The notes beneath the pieces are model-generated. The model made no database searches. It saw only the letters and a program-made list of their open reading frames with translations, and was not told where the DNA came from. A stretch of DNA of 64,000 nt from Candidatus Kapaibacterium sp. (lineage in GTDB: Bacteria; Bacteroidota; Ignavibacteria; Kapaibacteriales; UBA2268): NCBI GenBank assembly GCA_963664875.1, contig OY761611.1, positions 2,336,001 to 2,400,000 on the forward strand, given 5' to 3'. This document shows positions 51,573-60,774 of this stretch, piece after piece. The position numbers and the translations under genes were made by a program. The first letter of the stretch is position 1. Each line of letters starts with the position of its first letter.

Positions 51573-53123
51573 GTGTTTATGTACAATCCGCAAGAGCAAT
51601 TTGCTCTATCTAATCCGATTTCGATTATTACAGGGAAAGATCCTAAAGACTTTACCCGTGAGGACTTAATCAAAGTAATCATTGAGAAAAAAATTGAGCG
51701 TGTTGCTTTTCATTATACCGGAATTGACGGTAAAATCAAAGAATTGCGCATACCGATTACTAATCGTCAGCAAGCCGAATCAATACTTACAGACGGCGAA
51801 AGAGTAGATGGTTCATCTTTGTTCAAAGGAATTGTAGATGCAGGCAAATCTGACTTGTATGTTGTGCCTGTTTATAAAAGTGCTTTTTTCAATCCATTTG
51901 TCGAAGGATCTTTGGACTTTATTTGTCGTTTTGTTGATAAAGACGGACAATTAGCAAATTTTGCTCCCGACAATATTCTTCTCAATGCGGTTAATCTTTT
52001 CCGTAAAGAAACAGGAATGGATCTTAAAGCATTAGGTGAGTTGGAATTTTTCTTAATGTACGACAACGAGACAGACTTATTCCCTGCTCAAAAACAAAAA
52101 GGCTACCATGCAGCAGCTCCTTTTGTTAAAACAGGAAAAGTTCTTTCTGAAATGCTTCGCTACATAACTCAGCTTTGTGGTCATGTAAAATATGCTCACC
52201 ATGAAGTTGGCTATATGGACTATGTAGAAAGCGATTTCCCTGAAATTCGTGGCAAAAAAGCAGAACAGGTAGAAGTAGAATTTTTACCAATGCCTATAGA
52301 AGAAATGGCAGACGTTTTGGTTCTTTCTCGCTGGATTATCAGAAATGTAGCTTATCGCCATAATATGACTGCTACTTTTGTGCCTAAACTGGAAAATGGC
52401 CATGCAGGTAATGGTATGCACGTTCATATGTTAGCTTGCAAAGACGGCAAAAATGCTATGGTCGATGCAAACGGAGAACTTTCTGAAGTAGCTAAAACTA
52501 TGATTGGTGGGCTTTGTAACTATGCTCCGAGCATTACTGCTTTTGGAAATACTGTGTCAGCTTCTTACCTTCGTTTGGTGCCTCATCAGGAAGCACCAAC
52601 TAAAGTTTGCTGGTCTGCAATGAACAGAAGTGCACTTATCAGAGTACCTCTTGGCTGGACAAATGTAAATAATCTTGCATCATTGGTAAATCCTCAACAA
52701 GTCGAAAAATCAGAAAAATTTGACAGCAAACAAACTATCGAACTTCGTAGCCCTGACGGTAGCTGCAATACTCACCTGCTTATGGCTGCAATAGCTACTG
52801 CAGTAGAATGGGGATTCGAACATCAGAAAGAAGCTTTGGAACTTGCTGCTGCTTCTCATGTTAAAGTCAATATCCATGACACTAACACAGACGACCTTGC
52901 CGAATTGGCAACAAGCTGTGCAGAATCTGCAGAAATTCTGCTTAAATCACGTGATTTATACGAAAGAAAAGGCATTTTCCCGCCACAGGTTATTTCTAAT
53001 CAGGCTAAAATGTTGCAAAACGAAAACGATAGTGATTTGAATAAGAGACTTATGGCTTTGCCGGACGATGAAAAACTAAAAGAATCAAGAAGAGTAATGC
53101 ATAGAGATATACACAAACACTAA
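51573..53123 (+). CDS. glnA: Glutamine synthetase (type I-like)
   Basis: VDGSS, HHEVG, GNGMHVH, YLRLVPHQEAP, NRSALIRVP, ELRSPD. Confidence 0.9.
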   Translation: MFMYNPQEQFALSNPISIITGKDPKDFTREDLIKVIIEKKIERVAFHYTGIDGKIKELRIPITNRQQAESILTDGERVDGSSLFKGIVDAGKSDLYVVPVYKSAFFNPFVEGSLDFICRFVDKDGQLANFAPDNILLNAVNLFRKETGMDLKALGELEFFLMYDNETDLFPAQKQKGYHAAAPFVKTGKVLSEMLRYITQLCGHVKYAHHEVGYMDYVESDFPEIRGKKAEQVEVEFLPMPIEEMADVLVLSRWIIRNVAYRHNMTATFVPKLENGHAGNGMHVHMLACKDGKNAMVDANGELSEVAKTMIGGLCNYAPSITAFGNTVSASYLRLVPHQEAPTKVCWSAMNRSALIRVPLGWTNVNNLASLVNPQQVEKSEKFDSKQTIELRSPDGSCNTHLLMAAIATAVEWGFEHQKEALELAAASHVKVNIHDTNTDDLAELATSCAESAEILLKSRDLYERKGIFPPQVISNQAKMLQNENDSDLNKRLMALPDDEKLKESRRVMHRDIHKH

Positions 53124-53146
53124 GATATTTTACTGTTATTAAATTG

Positions 53147-53177
53147 TGGCTATTCGTAAATGAATAGCCGTTTTTTT
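53147..53177 (+). terminator. Terminator after glnA
   Basis: ggctattc/gaatagcc stem followed by T7. Confidence 0.75.
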
Positions 53178-53273
53178 ATTGTTTTTGAGATATTTTAAGA
53201 TATTTGTCAATAAAGTACTCCTTTTTCCGTTTCCTAATTTAAGAAACTGGTAGTATAATAAAAGAATATCACT

Positions 53274-53483
53274 ATGAATCACCTTACTACTCAAAGATAT
53301 TTAGAGCTTTTGGAGCTTTGCCACTCTTTCGAAAAAGACTTCGTAAAGTTCTATGAAAAAGGCAACAAGACTGCCGGCATTAGACTAAGAAAACATATGC
53401 AGACTCTTCGAACTTTCGCTGTGGGTATTCGCAACGAAGTGCAGGAAATGAACATAAAAGAAGAAGAGGAAAACAGCAAATAG
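53274..53483 (+). CDS. Histone H1-like (Hc1-family) small protein
   Basis: KFYEKGNKTAGIRLRK motif. Confidence 0.8.
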   Translation: MNHLTTQRYLELLELCHSFEKDFVKFYEKGNKTAGIRLRKHMQTLRTFAVGIRNEVQEMNIKEEEENSK

Positions 53484-53590
53484 TCTGTTGATAAAAATAT
53501 TTACACTTACATAAAAAGAGAAGCTATTTCTCTTTTTTTGTTTGTCTTAGACTATTACTCATTTAGTCGGATTTAGCCTCCACATCAATA

Positions 53591-54427
53591 CTAAAAGCTA
53601 ACTTTCCATAGGGGAATATATCCGGAGGTGCTTACTAATTTTTGCCCTTCAGGGCTGAGCACCCAGTCGATAAATTCTTTTATTTCGCCGCTTGGGCTTG
53701 CTATACTGAATAGCCTGAGATATCTGTTTATTGGGTAATTATCAGATATTACGTTTTCAGTTGTGGCTTCTATACCATCTATACTTAAGGCTCTTATGTT
53801 GTTATTGTTTACAGAAAAGCCACCGTAGCCTATTGCATACTTGCTGTCTGCTACCTTTTCAAGTAGTTTTTCCATAGTCGGAGAGTTGGTTACGTTATCG
53901 CAATAATCTAAACCTTTCAGAACATGATTTTTGAAATAGAAGAAAGTTCCTGAATTATTAGGTCTCCCCTGCAATTCAATGCTGTTATTATCTCCGCCGA
54001 GCTCCGACCAATTAGTAATTTCGCAACTATAAATCTTTTTAAGTTGCTCCATAGAAATATTCCGAACAGGATTTTCTTTGTTTACATATATACTCAACGC
54101 ATCTTTGGCTATTAATATGGAAACTCCGACTGTTTGAAATTTATCAGCCAAGCTTTTTACTTCTTCCGGTTTCAACTTATTAGAAGCCATACATAGTTGT
54201 GCTTCACTTTTTAATAATGCATCCACTCCGGCACCGGTGCCTCCTCCTTCAACATAAATGGCTACATGCGGATTGCTTTTCATGTACTCTTTAGCAAGGT
54301 GTTGCATCAAAAAAAGCATAGTGTCCGATCCCTTTATTTTGAATGCAACTGTTTTCTCAGTGAATGTACCACATGAGACACTTAGAAATAAAAAAAGAGC
54401 AAGTGCTGTGAAATATCTATATTTCAT
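53591..54427 (-). CDS. PstS-family phosphate-binding lipoprotein
   Basis: IKGSDT, GGGTGAG, SGT..YF, AIGY, YPI.R.L. Confidence 0.88.
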   Translation of the reverse strand: MKYRYFTALALFLFLSVSCGTFTEKTVAFKIKGSDTMLFLMQHLAKEYMKSNPHVAIYVEGGGTGAGVDALLKSEAQLCMASNKLKPEEVKSLADKFQTVGVSILIAKDALSIYVNKENPVRNISMEQLKKIYSCEITNWSELGGDNNSIELQGRPNNSGTFFYFKNHVLKGLDYCDNVTNSPTMEKLLEKVADSKYAIGYGGFSVNNNNIRALSIDGIEATTENVISDNYPINRYLRLFSIASPSGEIKEFIDWVLSPEGQKLVSTSGYIPLWKVSF

Positions 54428-56058
54428 TATCTTTTTTCCGCTTTTGTTCTCAAACGTTCGTATTGAAAGGGAACACCTTCATTCCATTTCGGAGTATCTT
54501 TTGCATTCGCAATTTCTTTTATTATCCTATAAATAGCTTCGATATGCTGAAAGCACGCATCATAGCTGATTTTCTGTGTCAAATCATCAAAAGGAGTGTG
54601 ATATCTGTTTTGTCCGTAATCATAAAGAACTTCGATTGCTTCTTCTTTCGATACAGATTTATAGTCAACACCATCCATAGTTAAAAAAGCAGGAATGCCT
54701 GCTGATGCAAAAGCCACCTGATCCGATCGTGTAAAGTTATCCTCAGTTAAAAATTCTTCGGGTACTTCGTCTATTCTCAGCCCCATTTGTCCGAGTGGCT
54801 GCTTTGCAAACTTTGCAATATCGGAAAGCTGTTCGCCTACAAGTACAATGCTGTTAAATTGATCAATAAAAGCAAGTCCGTCTATGTTCAAATTGGCAAC
54901 TGTTTTATAAAGTGGCTTAGCCGGATGGTCTATATAATATTTAGAACCTAAAAGCCCTTTTTCTTCTCCGGTAACAAGCATGAAAATAATAGATCTTTTG
55001 GGAGCAGGATTGAGCTGACTAAATGCTCGGGCAAGTTCTACAAGTGCAGCACAGCCTATGGCGTTATCCATTACTCCGTTGTAAATCGAATCTCCGTTGA
55101 TTGGCTCAGCAATCCCGAGGTGGTCGTAGTGGGCGGTAACTAATACATATTCATCTCTGAGTCTGTAATCACTTCCCTGAACCATGCCTATAATGTTGCT
55201 TGAAACAAAATCTCGCTCTTTGAAATATCCGTTGAAAGATATTTTTCCTGCAAGCTCAAAACTTTTCATACTGTTTTGATAGTGCATTTTGATTATATCT
55301 TCTATGGTATAGCCTGTACCAAGAAAGAGATTCATCCCCCATTGCCCCGGCATAAGGACACTAAATTTACTAGTAACAGAATAGGCAAGTTTTACATCTT
55401 CGAAGCCAAAGCTCTTTTTTACAATATTCAAATTTTGATATTTTTTGTCATCTGGTGCGGGTAAGAGAATAATACCTGCCGCACCGCGTGCGAGAGCAAG
55501 TTTTTCTTTAGCGTCAAAAAAACTGTAAAGAGTATTTGAGGAGCCTGCGAACCATTTATCGTCTTCTGAAAATGGCTCACCCGTAAGCATGACAACTATC
55601 TTTCCTTTTACATCGAGGTCTATATAATCATTGTAGTCATATTCCGGTGCGACTATACCATAGCCTGCGAAAACTAATCCAGTAGGTAAAGGAATATAGG
55701 ATTGCTCTCCGGAATTAAGCATAAAATAGTCCTCTCCGAGAATTAGCCTATGCTTGTCACCGTCGAAATAAAAATCCAACTCCGATTCGTCAAGAGTTTT
55801 AGAAGCGTGCATGGGAATATATTGATAGTATGTATCGTTATAACCGAGTGGTAACAGATTTAGAGCAGAAAGTTCTTCTGCCAGGTACTTTGCAGAAAGA
55901 TTAGCGCCGGTTGAGCCGGTGCCCCTACCTTCGAAGAGGTCGCTTCCCAGAAATTTCAGGTGTCTTTTAAACGAAGTCAGAGATATTGCAGGTTTGTCAT
56001 TTGCAATAACTGATACAGACAAAAATGTCAATAGATATATATAATATATGTATCTCAT
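54427..56058 (-). CDS. M28 family aminopeptidase with PA domain
   Basis: TAHYDH, DNAIG, GEEKGLLGS, RSDQ, YHTP.D. Confidence 0.9.
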   Translation of the reverse strand: MRYIYYIYLLTFLSVSVIANDKPAISLTSFKRHLKFLGSDLFEGRGTGSTGANLSAKYLAEELSALNLLPLGYNDTYYQYIPMHASKTLDESELDFYFDGDKHRLILGEDYFMLNSGEQSYIPLPTGLVFAGYGIVAPEYDYNDYIDLDVKGKIVVMLTGEPFSEDDKWFAGSSNTLYSFFDAKEKLALARGAAGIILLPAPDDKKYQNLNIVKKSFGFEDVKLAYSVTSKFSVLMPGQWGMNLFLGTGYTIEDIIKMHYQNSMKSFELAGKISFNGYFKERDFVSSNIIGMVQGSDYRLRDEYVLVTAHYDHLGIAEPINGDSIYNGVMDNAIGCAALVELARAFSQLNPAPKRSIIFMLVTGEEKGLLGSKYYIDHPAKPLYKTVANLNIDGLAFIDQFNSIVLVGEQLSDIAKFAKQPLGQMGLRIDEVPEEFLTEDNFTRSDQVAFASAGIPAFLTMDGVDYKSVSKEEAIEVLYDYGQNRYHTPFDDLTQKISYDACFQHIEAIYRIIKEIANAKDTPKWNEGVPFQYERLRTKAEKR

Positions 56059-56064
56059 AAGGGT

Positions 56065-56892
56065 CTAATTTAGTCCGGTCATTTTTATGCTCATTTCCCA
56101 TAAAGCCTTAGCCAGTTCTTTATCTTTGGAAAGTTTGGAAGATTTTGCAGGCTTCATTTTGTCAAAATATTCTCCTGTAAACTTATACGCATCTTCACTG
56201 CTTGCCAAATAGACAGAAGTCTCAGCTCCCTTTTCAGGAGATATCAGGAATATACGCATAATTTTTTGTAAAATAGGGTGAAAATTATCGAAAAGACCTG
56301 TATTGACTACTCCGGGCATAAGAGCATTAACTGTTGTGCCTGTGCCGGTAAGCATAGCAGCAAGGTAGCGAGTAAAGAGGACATTCGCCAGCTTGGAATT
56401 TGCATAAGCTTTATTGCCGTTGTAACTTTTAGCATCTTTTGGGTTAAAATCATAAGATCCGTTTAGGTGTAGTCTTGAAGATACATTTATAATTCTTGAG
56501 TTTTCCGTGTGTATTATCAAATCTAAAAGTAGATTAGTAAGCAGGAAATGTGATAAATGATTGACGGCAAAAGTGAGTTCAAAACCTTCTGCACTTTTTT
56601 GATAGTATTTTTCCCAAACTCCGGCATTATTTATTAGGACATCGAGTCTTGGCAAATCCGATTTGATTTGATTTGCAAAATTTCTTACTTCTGCTAAGGA
56701 AGATAAATCAACAAGGTAGTATTCTGCATCACATTCGGGAATAGTATTCCTAAATTCAAATAATGTACTTTCAGCTTTAGCCATGCTTCTTGCTGTAAAT
56801 ATAACACGATAGCCAAATTCAAGCAGCTTTTTTGCGGTTGCTTTACCTATCCCGTTAGTAGCGCCGGTGATTATGCAAATTTTTTTATCCAT
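56065..56892 (-). CDS. SDR oxidoreductase (retinol-dehydrogenase-like)
   Basis: TGATNGIG, NNAG, VNHL, YANSK. Confidence 0.92.
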   Translation of the reverse strand: MDKKICIITGATNGIGKATAKKLLEFGYRVIFTARSMAKAESTLFEFRNTIPECDAEYYLVDLSSLAEVRNFANQIKSDLPRLDVLINNAGVWEKYYQKSAEGFELTFAVNHLSHFLLTNLLLDLIIHTENSRIINVSSRLHLNGSYDFNPKDAKSYNGNKAYANSKLANVLFTRYLAAMLTGTGTTVNALMPGVVNTGLFDNFHPILQKIMRIFLISPEKGAETSVYLASSEDAYKFTGEYFDKMKPAKSSKLSKDKELAKALWEMSIKMTGLN

Positions 56893-57279
56893 TTCATTCC
56901 CCTCAAGTCTTAATCCGAACGACGATAAGTTTAAAAGTGAATTGTGTAATGTGTATAATCCAAAAGATAGAACATCAGATATTAAGCTACTTTGCTCTTT
57001 ATTTATGAAGAATATCCAAGCAAATAATTCAATTTTTATCTAAATATCAGTATGTAGGAGTACCTATCTTCCGAAGAAGCAAAAAATAAATTCCGCTTCT
57101 AACATATAATTTTTCTTACTAAATATTTATATTTTTGTATATTGCATTCGACATGGGTTATCATCTAATCAAATACTAATAAAGCATTTGGCATTAAAAT
57201 TGTTTTAGTCAATAATCGTATGACTATTATTTGCAAGATACATCATGTTTTTAAGTTTTCTTATACAAGGAGATTTCCA

Positions 57280-57864
57280 ATGAAAAAACTTTTTGCAGTA
57301 ATCATGGCTATCGTGATTATGTTCGGTGTTTCCGAATTGAAAGCACAAAAAGAAATGAGCAATCCGCAAACAATCGGCGGTCAGCTTGTATTTGCATTTC
57401 CAACCGGCTCATTAGGTGATGCGGTGAATATGGGTATTGGTGTCAATTTCCAATATACCTATTACTTTAGCCCGAAATTCGCGGCTTATGGCTTTGCGGG
57501 ATACCATAGCTATGGTGCCAAAGAATATGCTTGGGGCGATGGAACAAGCACAGGTATCGAATTATCAGCAAGTGTAATTCCTATAGGTGCAGGTGCCTTT
57601 TATCAGGTAGGTCAATGGGGCAAATTATTGCCAATCGTTGGCGGTGAACTTGGTTTGCACATGGGTGAAGTAGAAATGAGCGGTGCAGGTAATGGATATC
57701 TATACTCAGCAAGTGGTAGCCAAACTGATATAGCTTTGGCTTTCTTTGGTGGTGTGTTATATCCTGTGAACAGAGAACTTGCTATGAGAGGCGATTTGAA
57801 ATATACAGCAGCTTCTAACTTTGGCAATTTCAGTATCAACCTCGGTATCATGTACAAAATATAA
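57280..57864 (+). CDS. Small outer-membrane beta-barrel protein
   Basis: AGGAG RBS, signal peptide MKKLFAV, amphipathic strands, C-terminal GIMYKI. Confidence 0.75.
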   Translation: MKKLFAVIMAIVIMFGVSELKAQKEMSNPQTIGGQLVFAFPTGSLGDAVNMGIGVNFQYTYYFSPKFAAYGFAGYHSYGAKEYAWGDGTSTGIELSASVIPIGAGAFYQVGQWGKLLPIVGGELGLHMGEVEMSGAGNGYLYSASGSQTDIALAFFGGVLYPVNRELAMRGDLKYTAASNFGNFSINLGIMYKI

Positions 57865-57883
57865 TACCGAATAGTTCAATCTT

Positions 57884-57930
57884 AAAAAAGCCGCATTAGA
57901 TTATACAAAGTCTTTTGTGGCTTTTTGTTT
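57884..57930 (+). terminator. Probable terminator
   Basis: aaaaagccgca/tgtggcttttt stem. Confidence 0.6.
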
Positions 57931-58036
57931 TTCTTCTTTTGTATCTGCATATCACCAAATTCTCCCTCATCAATAATTAGTGATTACAAACGTGATTTTA
58001 AGAATATAATATATTCTATTTTACGGAGAGATTCAC

Positions 58037-58477
58037 ATGAAAATCAAAGACCTTTTAAAAAACAAAGGCCCTGAAGTATTTACTGTGGGCATTGATAAAT
58101 CTCTAAAAGATGCAATAGCTATCCTTGTTGCAAATAATATTGGCTCATTACTTGTCATCAATGCTGATGGCAAGATTGAAGGAATTTTGACTGAAAGAGA
58201 CATATTGCGTCAGAGTGCAAAAGATCCACACTCCTTCGGAGAAATATCTGTCCGGGAAAGTATGACATCCAATATCATTTTTATCGAAGATGAGGACACT
58301 TTGGAGTATGCTTCGAGTATCATCAGCAATAATAAAATCCGACATTTACCGGTACTAAACAAAAATAAAGTTCTGGTGGGTCTGATTTCCATCGGTGACA
58401 TCAATACTTCCCACGTCAAAATGGTGAAAGCTGAAAATAAATATCTACGTGATTACATCGAAGGTAATGTAAAATAA
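58037..58477 (+). CDS. CBS-domain protein
   Basis: GILTERD, IRHLPV, GLISIGD. Confidence 0.92.
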   Translation: MKIKDLLKNKGPEVFTVGIDKSLKDAIAILVANNIGSLLVINADGKIEGILTERDILRQSAKDPHSFGEISVRESMTSNIIFIEDEDTLEYASSIISNNKIRHLPVLNKNKVLVGLISIGDINTSHVKMVKAENKYLRDYIEGNVK

Positions 58478-58554
58478 CAATGCCCTTTTCCTTTGAAAAG
58501 ATAACTTACAAAGAGTAATTTCAAGAATTATTACACTGTACTTTGAGCATTTAT

Positions 58555-59079
58555 ATGAATGATATAATACTAAACATAAACAACAAAGAGTTTAAAGCAG
58601 AATTTGACCCTGACGATTACAGAATTATCCGAATAAACGGTAAGTCATTTGAAATTGAGCTATTAAAGAAATTTGGCAATAATCTATTTACCTTTGCTGT
58701 CAATCAGCAGCTGAAACAGGCTGAGCTTGCAATTGATAATAATAAAAAAGTAGAAATTATCTATGACGGGATGGTTTTCGAAGTTGATGTAAAAGATTCG
58801 ACACAAAAACTCTTAGAAAAATATATCCAAAATTCTTCGCATGGTGCATCTAATGGTCTTAGTAATCTGAAAGCTCCTATGCCGGGGCTTCTTGTGAAGT
58901 ATTTTGTTCACGTAGGAGATTTTGTAAACAAAGGAGATAAGCTTTGTGCTTTGGAAGCCATGAAGATGGAAAATATTATCAAATCCAACATCAGCGGCAC
59001 AGTCAGGAAGCTAAATATCAAAGAAGGCACTCCTATTGAAAAAAATGCGATAATAATGGAATTTGACATCAACGATTAG
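58555..59079 (+). CDS. Biotin carboxyl carrier protein
   Basis: APMPG, EAMKMEN. Confidence 0.9.
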   Translation: MNDIILNINNKEFKAEFDPDDYRIIRINGKSFEIELLKKFGNNLFTFAVNQQLKQAELAIDNNKKVEIIYDGMVFEVDVKDSTQKLLEKYIQNSSHGASNGLSNLKAPMPGLLVKYFVHVGDFVNKGDKLCALEAMKMENIIKSNISGTVRKLNIKEGTPIEKNAIIMEFDIND

Positions 59080-59088
59080 AGTTAAAAT

Positions 59089-60645
59089 ATGGATAAAGTT
59101 ATACTTCAGAAACTTCAATCTTTAGAAGAAATAAAAGAACTATCCTTGCTTGGGGGTGGTCAACAAAGAATAGATTCTCAGCATGCCAAAGGTAAACTCA
59201 CTGCAAGAGAAAGAATCGAATTGCTATGCGACCCCGGTACTTTTAGAGAGCTTGATGCTTTAGCTCACCACCATGCAATTGATTTCGGACAAGATAAAGA
59301 TGTACCGCTGGGCGACGGAGTTGTTACCGGACATGCAGAAATAGGTGGCAAAAAAGTTTATCTTTTCTCTCAGGATTTTACTGTACTTGGAGGCTCCCTA
59401 TCTGAGCAGCATGGAAAGAAGATTTGCAAAATAATGGATCTTGCCTTAAAAAGCGGGTATCCTGTTATTGGGATGAATGATTCCGGTGGAGCCAGAGTGC
59501 AGGAAGGAGTAATTTCGCTCGGTGCCTATGCTGATATATTTCTGAGAAACACATTAGCTTCCGGGGTTGTGCCTCAGATTTCTGTAATTATGGGACCTTG
59601 TGCCGGAGGGGCAGTTTATTCGCCGGCTATTACGGATTTTATTATAATGGTTCGCAAGACTTCGTATATGTTTGTTACCGGACCTAAAGTAGTCAAAACA
59701 GTAACTCACGAAGATTTAACAGCCGAAGAGCTTGGTGGAGCTGAAGTTCATTCAGAAAAAAGCGGAGTGGCTCACTTCATTGCAGAAAATGATATGACTG
59801 CAACCGAAATAGTAAGGAAACTGCTTAGGTTTATTCCGCAAAACAATGCAGAAGAGCCCCCATATATTTCTAATGATGACCCGGCTGACCGAGAAGATGA
59901 GAAATTGAATGGCATAATACCCCCGTCTGCCAATCAACCTTATGATATGAAAGAAATCATCCTCAGCTTGACTGATAATCTTGAATTTCTCGAAGTTCAT
60001 AAGGACTATGCTGCGAACATAATTGTAGGCTTTATGAGAATGGGTGGAAGATCTATCGGAGTTGTTGCCAATCAACCTATGGAAATGGCAGGCGTGCTTG
60101 ATATCAATTCTTCCAAAAAAGCCGGAAGATTTGTAAGGTTTTGTGATGCGTTTAATATTCCTATTTTAACATTGGTAGATGTTCCGGGTTTTATGCCGGG
60201 TGCGGATCAGGAGTGGAATGCTATAATCACTAACGGAGCAAAACTTTTATATGCTTATGCTGAAGCAACAGTGCCAAAGGTAACTCTTATCACACGAAAA
60301 GCTTACGGTGGTGCTTATGATGTAATGAGCAGCAAACACATAAGAGGAGATTTTAACTTCGCTTGGCCAACAGCGGAAATAGCTGTTATGGGAGCAAAAG
60401 GAGCTGTTGAGATAATTTTTAAAAAAGAAATTGAGGCATCTGACAGCCCTGCATCCAAAGAGCAGGAACTTATTGATATGTATAATAATAAGTTTGCAAA
60501 TCCCTACGTTGCTGCTTCCTATGGTTATCTCGATGATGTAATTGAGCCAAAATCTTCTCGGCGAAGATTGATAGAAGCATTTGCGGTTTTGGAAAACAAA
60601 GTAGATAAAAATCCACCTAAAAAACACGGCAATATCCCGCTTTAA
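59089..60645 (+). CDS. pccB: Acyl-CoA (propionyl/methylmalonyl-CoA) carboxyltransferase beta subunit
   Basis: [36 protein letters not shown]. Confidence 0.92.
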   Translation: MDKVILQKLQSLEEIKELSLLGGGQQRIDSQHAKGKLTARERIELLCDPGTFRELDALAHHHAIDFGQDKDVPLGDGVVTGHAEIGGKKVYLFSQDFTVLGGSLSEQHGKKICKIMDLALKSGYPVIGMNDSGGARVQEGVISLGAYADIFLRNTLASGVVPQISVIMGPCAGGAVYSPAITDFIIMVRKTSYMFVTGPKVVKTVTHEDLTAEELGGAEVHSEKSGVAHFIAENDMTATEIVRKLLRFIPQNNAEEPPYISNDDPADREDEKLNGIIPPSANQPYDMKEIILSLTDNLEFLEVHKDYAANIIVGFMRMGGRSIGVVANQPMEMAGVLDINSSKKAGRFVRFCDAFNIPILTLVDVPGFMPGADQEWNAIITNGAKLLYAYAEATVPKVTLITRKAYGGAYDVMSSKHIRGDFNFAWPTAEIAVMGAKGAVEIIFKKEIEASDSPASKEQELIDMYNNKFANPYVAASYGYLDDVIEPKSSRRRLIEAFAVLENKVDKNPPKKHGNIPL

Positions 60646-60692
60646 GCTTTGTGTTTATTAGAAGATAGCAAATTTATTGAAATCATACATAT

Positions 60693-60737
60693 AAAAAAGA
60701 ACAAGGAACTTACCTATATAAGTAAGCTCCTTGTTTT
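60693..60737. terminator. Bidirectional terminator
   Basis: aacaaggaacttac/gtaagctccttgtt stem between convergent genes. Confidence 0.75.
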
Positions 60738-60774
60738 GCTTTATAACCCGTTTAGGAATACATGAGTATAAAGA

